Positions 9,741 to 17,661 of a stretch of 36,191 nt of DNA are shown one piece after another (position 1 is the stretch's first letter; every line of letters begins with the position of its first letter). Source of the DNA: a virus (lineage: Duplodnaviria > Caudoviricetes); IMG/VR virus record IMGVR_UViG_3300012942_000088, positions 1 to 36,191 of that record; one strand, given 5' to 3'. The translations under genes and the position numbers were made by a program. The notes beneath the pieces are model-generated. The model was not told where the DNA came from. It saw only the letters and a list, made by a program, of their open reading frames with translations, and searched no databases.

Positions 9741-10010
9741 ATGGCACTCATCACTTGCCCGGATTGCGCGCAACAGATTTCCGATGCCGCGCCTACTTGT
9801 CCGCACTGCGGGCGTCCCTCCGCAAGTGCAACTGCACTGGGCCGCGCCGATGGCCAACACGGGGCCACCAAGATCATTTCCATCGTATTGATCTTGCTTG
9901 GCGGGTACATGTTCGTCTCGTCGATGTCGGTGCTTGGTGCGTTTCTCGCCATTTGTGGCGTCGTTTGCCTGGCCATTGCCTTGATCGAAGAGCTGCGCCG
10001 AAGTCACTGA
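9741..10010 (+). CDS. Zinc-ribbon membrane protein (moron, antisense to the tail operon)
   Basis: MALITCPDC...ISDAAPTCPHCG zinc ribbon plus two hydrophobic helices; good RBS. Confidence 0.85.
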   Translation: MALITCPDCAQQISDAAPTCPHCGRPSASATALGRADGQHGATKIISIVLILLGGYMFVSSMSVLGAFLAICGVVCLAIALIEELRRSH

Positions 10011-10290
10011 CGCAGCATCTTCACGAACTCGCGCATGGCGCTATGCGACTTGTCGCTGCGGCTACCCGCGTAGCCCATGTTGATGGCTTCGATCAGGTCG
10101 GCGCGACGCCGGTCGACGCCGGCGACGAACCGTCGATAGAAGAGCTGGAGTTGTCGCTCGGTGTACCGCCCGAGCTGGTCGGGCGTGCCGAATCCGGCGC
10201 CGGTGAGGTCGCAGTAGATGTCGCCCCAACGAACGTTGCGCGCCGGGCTCGCTCGGCCGTCCGGCGCATGATCTGACGGACGAAAAAAAG
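10004..10290 (-). CDS. Tail assembly chaperone GT extension (-1 frameshift product)
   Basis: ORF in the -1 frame relative to G, entered at U UUU UUC (about 10282-10288); lies between G and the tape measure gene. Confidence 0.65.
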
Positions 10291-10683
10291 GCCACAAACA
10301 CCCCACCACAGATTCACCAGCAGGTCGCCATCCGCGTCGCCCAGGGATTGCACCCACGCCAGGTCATCCTCACTGGTCGGCTCGCCCGGTACCGCGATGC
10401 TCTGCGCGATCGCGCGCTGCACCAGGTCCGCATGCGCGCCCAGCAGATCCAGCACATCCTCCACCAGCGCTTCGCCGCCATCGGCAAAGACGGTGCCCAG
10501 GTCGGCGGTGAAGGGCCGCATGAAGGCCCGCACGCGCAGGCCCTCCACAAAGCCGTATTCGCGCAGCGTGACGCGGCGGCCGGCGATGACCTCGGTGACA
10601 TCCGGGTGGATGATGACCAGGTCATCGACAGCCTCTGCCGCTGGCGCATCCTTGCGCTGGCGTTTTTCGACCTTGCGCGCCAT
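10093..10683 (-). CDS. Tail assembly chaperone G
   Basis: Start MARKVEK overlaps the tail tube stop (TAATG); contains a slippery T7 run; synteny. Confidence 0.8.
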   Translation of the reverse strand: MARKVEKRQRKDAPAAEAVDDLVIIHPDVTEVIAGRRVTLREYGFVEGLRVRAFMRPFTADLGTVFADGGEALVEDVLDLLGAHADLVQRAIAQSIAVPGEPTSEDDLAWVQSLGDADGDLLVNLWWGVCGLFFVRQIMRRTAERARRATFVGATSTATSPAPDSARPTSSGGTPSDNSSSSIDGSSPASTGVAPT

Positions 10684-11444
10684 TACGGCACCGCCGGCGG
10701 GTCGATCAGCATCAGGCGCGCATAGCCGCCGTATTTGGCATCGCTGATACGCACCGGGTCGATGCGCGCGGCACCGGTGAGTTGCATGTCGGCGAAGGTG
10801 TCGTTGATCAGCGACAGCGTGTTCGTGGGGTCGAACTGGATGCGATGCACCTCGCCGCGCGCCAGCAGCGTGGCACCGTCCACCGTGTTCATGCCGTCGA
10901 ACAGCACGTAGAGGTCCTGCGGCTTGGCCGTGAGCGCGGTGACGATGCTGTATGCGCCATAGGTGTAGCTGGCCTTCACCCCGGTGCACGCGGTGAGGAA
11001 GGTCACCACGCCGGTATCGGGATTGACCGTGTAGTCGGTGTCCAGCGCTGGTGTGGCGGGCGCAGTGCCAGAGAGCACCAGACTCGTCACCAGCACGTTG
11101 TCCAGCGCGACCATGTCACCGGGCACGACGTCACCGATGTTCTCGTCTGTGGCCGTGCCGCCGGTGACCTGCACTGTTTTGCCCGCGATGGAGAGCGCGG
11201 CGTTGCTGTCGTTGATCTGGCCCAGGGTCAGCTTCACGGTCATGGCTTTCTTCTTGGCCATCGTGCCTGCCAAGCCGCGGGCGCCGGAATAACTTTCGAT
11301 CTTCTCGTCGCGATCCACCTGGAAATCCCATTCCAGCGTCGAGGCGTCGTACACCCAGCGCGCAGGGGCGCGCGAACCATCCGCATTGCGCACGCCAATG
11401 GCCACGCGGCCCTGCATGCTGAAGTATTCGGTGGTGTTGGACAT
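10683..11444 (-). CDS. Major tail tube protein
   Basis: 253 aa, YFSMQGRV start, beta-rich; lies between the tail terminator and the chaperone. Confidence 0.8.
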   Translation of the reverse strand: MSNTTEYFSMQGRVAIGVRNADGSRAPARWVYDASTLEWDFQVDRDEKIESYSGARGLAGTMAKKKAMTVKLTLGQINDSNAALSIAGKTVQVTGGTATDENIGDVVPGDMVALDNVLVTSLVLSGTAPATPALDTDYTVNPDTGVVTFLTACTGVKASYTYGAYSIVTALTAKPQDLYVLFDGMNTVDGATLLARGEVHRIQFDPTNTLSLINDTFADMQLTGAARIDPVRISDAKYGGYARLMLIDPPAVP

Positions 11445-11447
11445 GGC

Positions 11448-11621
11448 TCAGTGCTCCTGCTTGGTCGACGTGCTGGTGGCGGTGGCGATCTTGTGCGTGG
11501 CCAGCCAGGCGGCAGCCGCCGGCGACACCTCGATCACGGCGCCCTTGGCGACGGGCCGACCAGCGTGGGTATGGTTGTCGGTCAACACGGTGACCTTCAC
11601 GGTTTGCGGTGTGGTGGACAT
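11448..11621 (-). CDS. Small virion-associated hypothetical protein
   Basis: 57 aa (HTHAG...G..IEV....A.WL); start overlaps the upstream stop. Confidence 0.65.
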   Translation of the reverse strand: MSTTPQTVKVTVLTDNHTHAGRPVAKGAVIEVSPAAAAWLATHKIATATSTSTKQEH

Positions 11622-12088
11622 CACGGGGTCACTCCAATGAAGTGTTGGGTTTGGTACACGTCGGTCCATAGCGCGGTGGACGCGTCGTATCGGGTCAGGT
11701 CGCCGCGTTGCAGGCGACAGGGTCGGGCGCCGGCGCAATCGGGTACGTAACCCATTACGGCGGCGCGCACCTGGCCGAGCACGGTGCGCAGTTCATCAGC
11801 CACCTGTGCACCGCGGCCGGCGCGGTAGTTGCGTGCCACCACCACCACGCCAAAACTCACGATCGCGCGCTGCTGCTGGGCCATCTGCCGGCCACGCTCG
11901 GCGTGTCCGGTCTTGGGTGGTTCATCCATCTGTTCGCATGCCAGCAGCACGTAAGCGCAGGGCGCGGGAAAGTCGGCCAGGCTGGTCACGGCGGCGAAGT
12001 CGGCCGCTCCGGATACCTGACGCAGCGCCGATACCTGCGTTTGCAGGCGATCGATGATGGGCTGCACATTGAACGGGGCCGCGCTCAT
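11621..12088 (-). CDS. Tail terminator / Mu gp37-like protein
   Basis: Start MSAAPF overlaps the gp36 stop; V.GAADFAA...P.P.AYV motif; synteny. Confidence 0.75.
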   Translation of the reverse strand: MSAAPFNVQPIIDRLQTQVSALRQVSGAADFAAVTSLADFPAPCAYVLLACEQMDEPPKTGHAERGRQMAQQQRAIVSFGVVVVARNYRAGRGAQVADELRTVLGQVRAAVMGYVPDCAGARPCRLQRGDLTRYDASTALWTDVYQTQHFIGVTP

Positions 12089-12612
12089 GCGCCGAAATCC
12101 CGCAGGGTGTCGGTGGTGAACACACGCTCCGGTGCGCATACCTGGGGGCTGCCACTGCTCGGCGGCGCCAGCGGATCATCTGCGCCCAGCGCGAACTTGC
12201 CGTCGGCGGTGAGCTGCAGGAAGCGGCAGGCTTCCTTGTAATCGCGCACTACCGGGTCGGTGGCCTCGGCGGTGTTCACGCGGTCCTTGTGCAGCAGATA
12301 GCGCGCAATCCAGCGCGACCACACCGACACGATGCCAGGCACCGGGTTCAGCGGCACGGTGTAGGCCACCGGCTTGCGGTTGCGCAGGTAGCCGTCGATC
12401 ACTTCATCGGCCGAGTCAATCGCCTGGGTGATCGTCACCGCCGCCGCATCGGCCAACGCCACCTGGTCAACCGGCCACGCACTGCGATCAGCATTGCGCA
12501 GAGTGGCTTCCATCAACGCGTCATCGAGCACGGGCGCGTCGTCAGGCGTGGCCACCTGGGCCAGCTCACGGGTGAGCTTGGCGTCGGCGAGTTGAGCGAG
12601 GGTGGCGTACAT
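12085..12612 (-). CDS. Head-tail connector, Mu gp36 / DUF1320 family
   Basis: MYATL...AIDSAD..IDGYL...Y..PL..VP....IARY.L...Y.EA..FL.....GK motif. Confidence 0.88.
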   Translation of the reverse strand: MYATLAQLADAKLTRELAQVATPDDAPVLDDALMEATLRNADRSAWPVDQVALADAAAVTITQAIDSADEVIDGYLRNRKPVAYTVPLNPVPGIVSVWSRWIARYLLHKDRVNTAEATDPVVRDYKEACRFLQLTADGKFALGADDPLAPPSSGSPQVCAPERVFTTDTLRDFGA

Positions 12613-12614
12613 GG

Positions 12615-12872
12615 TCAGGTGCGCTCCGGCCAGAATGCCTGCGCATGGTCATAGACTTCCTGGCACTCGGCCTCGGAATCGTAGAGGTGCACGCTACCCA
12701 GCAGCTTGGCACCGGCCAGATCAGGCAGGACGTGCAAGTTCACCAGCACCTGGCCATCCTTGGTGTCGCCATCCGACCAGATGCGCGTGATGATCGCCGG
12801 TGCCAGGTCGGCACCATTGCTGACGGCACCGCCGCCTTTGACGATAACGATACGACCGATGGACGGTTTCAC
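12615..12872 (-). CDS. Hypothetical protein
   Basis: GTG start (GTGA overlap); KPSIGRIV...PAIITRIW...VNL.V...WPER pattern seen in small phage proteins. Confidence 0.7.
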   Translation of the reverse strand: MKPSIGRIVIVKGGGAVSNGADLAPAIITRIWSDGDTKDGQVLVNLHVLPDLAGAKLLGSVHLYDSEAECQEVYDHAQAFWPERT

Positions 12873-13054
12873 TTGCCGGCCTTTTTGTCGGTTGCCTTCT
12901 TGCCGCTGTCGTCGCTTTCGGCGGCAGCTGGCGCCGCGACGAGATAGCCGTTGTGCACCAGCGGGTCGCCGTCGGCCTGGTCGAGCTCGATGGTGCCGCC
13001 GACCTTGAGCGTCTTGCCGTCGTGTTTGATGGTGCCGGTAACGAGGTACTTCAT
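12869..13054 (-). CDS. Small head-associated hypothetical protein (gp35-like position)
   Basis: 61 aa (IKHDGK..KVG..IEL); AGGAG RBS; follows the capsid gene. Confidence 0.7.
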   Translation of the reverse strand: MKYLVTGTIKHDGKTLKVGGTIELDQADGDPLVHNGYLVAAPAAAESDDSGKKATDKKAGK

Positions 13055-13145
13055 GGGTGAGTGCTCCTGGGCGAAGGGATGCCGTCTCTCCGGCTGTCAC
13101 GTCTGGATCATCGACGACGTTCTCTCCCCGGCCCTCGGCGTTCGG

Positions 13146-14090
13146 TCAGGACGCGGCCGCGCCCGCGTTCTGGATCAGGTAGCCGGCGGTGATGCCCGAC
13201 AGCACCGGGGTGTTGTCGTAGCTCACGCCGTAGATCCAGCTCTTGGCGTTGGCGTCCCAATAGGGCTGCTCGACCAGCGGGTGGCCCTCGATGGTGTAGG
13301 TGTAGCCGTAGCTCGGCTCTTCCACGTTCGGGTCGCTGGAGATGTTGGTGTAGGCCACGATCACGTCGTCGCCCCACACGTCGCCGAAGCTGTCGCTGGC
13401 ATCGGCCACGGTGGCTTCGCCCACCACCACGTTCTGCACGTTCCACAAACGCGCCAGGATGTCGGTGGTGATGGAGTCGCGTCCGGTGTATTTGGTGCGG
13501 TCCAGGATCTTCGCGTTCTCCTGGCAGGCGCTGAACGCGGTAGCCGACAACAACACCGTGTTGGGATACACGCCGATGGTGCTGCGGATGGCCTCGCGCG
13601 CACCGCGGATGTCCGCATTCGGATCGCTGGCGCTGCCGGTCCAGCGGCTGGTGCCGGTGAGCGCGGCCTTGTGGCTGGTGTCGTAGTTGCCGGCGGTGCG
13701 GGCCAGCTGCGCGCAGTTGTATTCGCGCTCCAGCTGCACCGAACGCATCACGGTGTTCACCGCACGCGCGCCCAGGTCGATACCCGGCACCTGGCTGGCA
13801 TCGCGCATCAGCTCGCGCGGCACCGGTGCTTCCAGCGCGCTGGGCACGATGGCGTAGGGCTTGCCCTGGTAGCCGAACTGGATGCGCTTGGTGGCGGTGC
13901 CCGGCGCGCGGCGGCTGTTGTAGAGGCGAAACGCCTCTTTGCCGAACTCGATCACGTTGCCGCCGTAAATGCCGACGTAGCCGGTCGGGAACAGCGTTTG
14001 CGCGACGAGGCCGGCGCCCTTGTAGCCCAACGCATGAGTCGACAGTACCGGATCGACGATGCGTGCCTGGGCGGGAGTCATCTGAGGCAT
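13146..14090 (-). CDS. Major capsid protein
   Basis: 314 aa; ARIVDPVLS..ALGY, FGKEAF..YN.RRAPG and PSYGYTY motifs of B3/BcepMu-like capsids. Confidence 0.9.
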   Translation of the reverse strand: MPQMTPAQARIVDPVLSTHALGYKGAGLVAQTLFPTGYVGIYGGNVIEFGKEAFRLYNSRRAPGTATKRIQFGYQGKPYAIVPSALEAPVPRELMRDASQVPGIDLGARAVNTVMRSVQLEREYNCAQLARTAGNYDTSHKAALTGTSRWTGSASDPNADIRGAREAIRSTIGVYPNTVLLSATAFSACQENAKILDRTKYTGRDSITTDILARLWNVQNVVVGEATVADASDSFGDVWGDDVIVAYTNISSDPNVEEPSYGYTYTIEGHPLVEQPYWDANAKSWIYGVSYDNTPVLSGITAGYLIQNAGAAAS

Positions 14091-14124
14091 GGGAAATTCT
14101 CCGTAGAAAAGGGATGACGCCCGA

Positions 14125-14463
14125 TCAGGCGTTGGGAACCAGCAGGATCTCGATCACCTGGTCGGCGGCGGTGGCGGCTTCCAGCGCCACACCCACCGCC
14201 ACGCCACTGCTCTTGGTGACCGCCTGGCCGCTGGCGGCGACCTCGATGCTGGCGCCCTTGGCGATGGCCGCACTGGCGATCACCTGGGCGGTGCCCAGCA
14301 CGTCAACGGGTACCAGTGCGTCCTTGGCGGCATCGCTGCGAGCGACGCCCACGGCATTGCCGGCGGCCGTGGCGACCGCACCGGCCGCCGTGACGAAGGT
14401 GTTGGCGCTGATGGCGGCGGCGGCCACGATCGAGAGCGCGAGGATGGAATGGTTCTGCGACAT
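14125..14463 (-). CDS. Capsid decoration / cement protein (DUF2190-like)
   Basis: 112 aa, Ala/Gly/Val-rich, G.ALEAATAADQVIEILL; lies between the protease and capsid genes. Confidence 0.8.
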   Translation of the reverse strand: MSQNHSILALSIVAAAAISANTFVTAAGAVATAAGNAVGVARSDAAKDALVPVDVLGTAQVIASAAIAKGASIEVAASGQAVTKSSGVAVGVALEAATAADQVIEILLVPNA

Positions 14464-14479
14464 GGTCGTCTCCTGGTGA

Positions 14480-15625
14480 TCAGCCGCCGACCGCGCGCAC
14501 GGCGGCGAGCCAGTCGGTGTTGGGGTGCTGCGCCTGGTAGGCCTTGGCGCGGGTATAAATGTCGGCGCGTCCGGCCTCGATCACGGTGCCCACAGGCGCC
14601 GCAAAGGCCACGGCGGCCGGGGCGGAATCCGCGCCGGACTTCTCGGCGAATTCGATCTGCTTGGGCAGGCTGGTGAGCAGTTCGCGCAGCAGCTCGGCGC
14701 CGGGCTTGCTCACGGTGGCATCGCCTTCGGCGAAGCTCACCGGCTCGGCCGGAAGCGCCAGCAGCAGTTCCACCACCGGCGCCTGGTGGCGCGGCAGCAG
14801 GCGGCCATCGGCGACCAGCTGCTCGGCGAACTCCGCGGCATCGGTGCGACGCGACTGGGCTTCACGCGCTTTCAGCGCTTGCTCGCGCTTGTCCAGATCG
14901 CTCTGGCGAGTATTGAGGCCGGCTTCGCGCTCGGCGAAATCGGCAGCCTGTTGGGTCTCGGACATGGTGGTCTCCACGGTGGTGCCAGCCTCGGCCGGCG
15001 TGGCGAATGCGGTGGCGGGAATGGCGCCGGCGTCGGCGTCGTCCGCGTGGGTCAACTCGTCGATCGAGCGGAGCTGCCACTGCGGGATGATCTGGTCGGC
15101 TTTTTCGGCGCCCTGGGTTTCCACAAACCAGTCGCGCATGCGCTGCAGCACATCGGTCAGGGTGCGGCCCAGATAGGACACGGGCGCGGCAAACTCGATG
15201 GCCTCGCCGCCGTCGGCGAATTGCGCATCGCGCAGGCCCTTCACCGCGGGTGCCGCGGCACCAAGGAACCCGATGTGACGCAGATAGAGCTTGCCCGGCG
15301 TGGGGTTGCCCGCCGTGTCCGGCAAGTAGAACGAGGCGCTGCGCTTCTTGAAGCGGCCGGCATTGACCATGTCGGCGAATGCGGCATCGACCTGGTGCGG
15401 CGCGGCGTAGAGCACGCCATCCTTGGCGACCAGGGATTGCGCCCAGCCGTAGGCCGGTGCATCCAGCTTCGGGTGACCCACTACCATCGGCGCTTCAGAC
15501 AGCGCGGGATCGTAGGTGGCGGCGGCTTGCGCCACGTCGGCATCGCTGAAGCTCATCATGCGGCCATCGACAGCCGTATGCGTGCCAGCGCGGAAGATCT
15601 CGATAAGGCCGGGGGCGTTGTTCAT
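14480..15625 (-). CDS. Head maturation protease / scaffold (Mu gpI-like) with probable internal scaffold start at 14965
   Basis: IEIFRAGTH, APMVVGHP..DAPAYGW and YLRHIGFLGA..PAVKGL motifs; in-frame ATG at 14965 preceded by GGAG. Confidence 0.88.
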   Translation of the reverse strand: MNNAPGLIEIFRAGTHTAVDGRMMSFSDADVAQAAATYDPALSEAPMVVGHPKLDAPAYGWAQSLVAKDGVLYAAPHQVDAAFADMVNAGRFKKRSASFYLPDTAGNPTPGKLYLRHIGFLGAAAPAVKGLRDAQFADGGEAIEFAAPVSYLGRTLTDVLQRMRDWFVETQGAEKADQIIPQWQLRSIDELTHADDADAGAIPATAFATPAEAGTTVETTMSETQQAADFAEREAGLNTRQSDLDKREQALKAREAQSRRTDAAEFAEQLVADGRLLPRHQAPVVELLLALPAEPVSFAEGDATVSKPGAELLRELLTSLPKQIEFAEKSGADSAPAAVAFAAPVGTVIEAGRADIYTRAKAYQAQHPNTDWLAAVRAVGG

Positions 15626-15631
15626 GGGGCC

Positions 15632-15676
15632 ATCGTCGCCGTTGGCATGTCGGCGGTCTTTGGTCCGGGTTCAAAA
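15632..15676 (-). promoter_or_regulatory. Putative Mor/C-activated late promoter for head genes
   Basis: 22-bp box TTTTGAACCCGGACCAAAGACC, repeated with 20/22 identity at 23398-23419; -10-like GACGAT at identical spacing. Confidence 0.7.
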
Positions 15677-15832
15677 CCTTCGGCGAGGATGATGCTCTGT
15701 CAGATGGTCATGCCGATGCGGGCGTACCCGGTCATCACGTCCAGCGCGCCCGTAAACGGGTGTTAGGCACGATGGGGCCATGCAAGACAAGCGATGGCCG
15801 CCGGTGCGCCCCTGAAGCGCGTACAGCGCGTG

Positions 15833-16321
15833 TCAGGGCGTGCCGCCGTCCGGGGTCAGGTTAAGGTATTCCTGCACGGTATCCAGGATGTTTTCGCCAT
15901 CCTTGTCGGACAGACCGATAAAGGGTCGCGCCGGAATGTCGCCCCACGGAATGGGGTGGTTGCGTGTGTCGCGTCCGAAGGCGCCTTGCAATGCGCCGAG
16001 CTGCTGCGTGCGCGCGTAGATCATGCCGCTGCTGATGGTGACACTGTTGGCCGTGGGCGCGCTGGCAATCCCATTGCTGAGCTGATGTGTTTCACCGATC
16101 AGTGGCCGCGTGCCTTTCTTGCGTGACAGTGTCAGCGGTGAGTTTTCGGGCCACGGGATGCCAGCCGGCGATATGCCGTCCTGGAAACGCTGCTTGGTGG
16201 ATTCCACCAGCAGCTCGCCGATGTCGATCATCAGCGGTGTCAGGTCGCCCAGGCGACCGCTCAGACCATGCAAGGTGGCTTGGGTGCGCTGCGCGTCGAT
16301 TTCCAGCGTGATATGGGTCAT
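15833..16321 (-). CDS. Virion morphogenesis protein (Mu gpG-like)
   Basis: L..IGE.L..ST..RF.....PAG.PW, YART.QLG and IPARPFIGLS motifs. Confidence 0.9.
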   Translation of the reverse strand: MTHITLEIDAQRTQATLHGLSGRLGDLTPLMIDIGELLVESTKQRFQDGISPAGIPWPENSPLTLSRKKGTRPLIGETHQLSNGIASAPTANSVTISSGMIYARTQQLGALQGAFGRDTRNHPIPWGDIPARPFIGLSDKDGENILDTVQEYLNLTPDGGTP

Positions 16322-16337
16322 GTGCTACGCTCCGCTT

Positions 16338-16419
16338 GCCCTGATGGCATTGTCTCGTCCGGCGCATACCCGGAAATCGTCATGGACGTGTAGAGGCTCG
16401 GTTGTCAGGGTTTCTTTTT
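16338..16419 (+). ncRNA. Putative antisense small structured RNA overlapping the muF stop codon
   Basis: Extended -10 TGcTACGCT at 16323-16331; nested helices with G-U pairs that favour the + strand; UUUCUUUUU tail. Confidence 0.5.
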
Positions 16420-17661
16420 GCCCAGCCAAAAGCTGAGTAACGCGAGCATGCGGCGCCCCTTGCGCAGCTCGAACGATGCCCCGATGCGGCGGCCATCGAT
16501 TTCGCCCTCCACGCGCACCACCGGTCGACCCTGCACGGTGCCGCTGCGCGTGATGCGGTCCACGGCATTGAGCAACTGCGGCAGCAGCGGGTAATCCCCG
16601 GACGCGACGGCCTCCTGGCCACGTTGCGCTTCGCCCACGTTGTTGCCGTGGCTGTCGGCGATGTGCAGCACCGCGCTGGCATCCAGCGCCCAGTCGAACC
16701 CGCGCACATCCACACCGGTGGCATGGTGCGCCAGGTCAGCCTGCGCATCCGTCAACAGCCCCAGGGTCTTGGGTGGCACGGCTTGCGCGGCAGGCTCGGC
16801 CAGCGCGTGCTGCGCGTAGCGGCGCACGTCATCGGCCACCGAGGGCAGACTGCGATAGGCGGTGGCCAGCGCATCGCGCGTATCCGCAGGCACGTCCTGC
16901 ATGTAGGCCTTGGCCAGGGTGTAAGGCCATTGCACGGTTTTGGCGGCCATCTCCTGCACGGCATCGGCCACCGTATTGCCTGGCATGTAGCCCCAGCCCT
17001 TGTCGACGCCGGGCGGCTCGCCCGTCTTGGGATCGATGGCATCCCAGCCGTCGGGCAGCGACTTGTCCGGATTGCCGCCCAGACGGCGGGCGGCGGCCGG
17101 TGAGCGTGCGCCCAACACGTAGCACTCGCAGCCCCAACCGTTGGGCGTGTAGTGCGTCTGCCAGAACGGGTGATCGGGTGGCAAGGTGATGCCATTCCAG
17201 CTGACATGCAGCGGGCGCGGGTGTTGCACGGCATCGTTGTGGCGGTATACCCACAGCGGAAACTTGCCGGCGCGCAGTTGCGTCAGGCGCCCGGCATGGT
17301 AACTGGTGCGTGCGTTGGTGACGTAGATGGTGCGCGTGCGCCAGGCCTGGCCGGCCGGCGTGTTCTCGCCGGTCCAGCCCGTCCAGCCGTGGCGCGCCAC
17401 AATGGCGCGGAAATCCTTGCGGAACGCCTCGATGGTGGTGCCTTCGGCAATGCCGCGATCGACGGCCGCAGCCAGGTCGGCGAGCAGGTCGGCCTTTTCG
17501 GCGCCGGCCACCATAAAGCCGTGGTCGTGCTCGGCCTTGAGCATGTCGTCCCACCATTGCGTGGGCACCAGGTTGCCCAGCTTCTGACGGAAGAACGCGA
17601 CCTGCGCATTGAACGGCTGGCGGAATGCACCGTCAATGGTCGAGGGCTGTGCCTCAGACAC
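16405..17661 (-). CDS. MuF (gp30) minor head protein with C-terminal PBECR-like nuclease domain
   Basis: GTG start at 17661; MuF motifs FMVAGA, R..TIY.TN.RTSY.AGR, RPLH.SWNG and PNGWGCEC; extra ~120-aa tail with LDASAVLHIADSHG..E..RGQ. Confidence 0.85.
   Translation of the reverse strand: MSEAQPSTIDGAFRQPFNAQVAFFRQKLGNLVPTQWWDDMLKAEHDHGFMVAGAEKADLLADLAAAVDRGIAEGTTIEAFRKDFRAIVARHGWTGWTGENTPAGQAWRTRTIYVTNARTSYHAGRLTQLRAGKFPLWVYRHNDAVQHPRPLHVSWNGITLPPDHPFWQTHYTPNGWGCECYVLGARSPAAARRLGGNPDKSLPDGWDAIDPKTGEPPGVDKGWGYMPGNTVADAVQEMAAKTVQWPYTLAKAYMQDVPADTRDALATAYRSLPSVADDVRRYAQHALAEPAAQAVPPKTLGLLTDAQADLAHHATGVDVRGFDWALDASAVLHIADSHGNNVGEAQRGQEAVASGDYPLLPQLLNAVDRITRSGTVQGRPVVRVEGEIDGRRIGASFELRKGRRMLALLSFWLGKKKP

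Noticed and set aside
16338-16419. tRNA gene
   Set aside because: Similar length, but it folds as an irregular hairpin with no cloverleaf, TTC loop or CCA end
16380-16748. 122-aa alternative-frame ORF as a possible MuF immunity gene
   Set aside because: Lies almost wholly inside muF, has Arg/Ala/Cys-rich off-frame composition and no RBS
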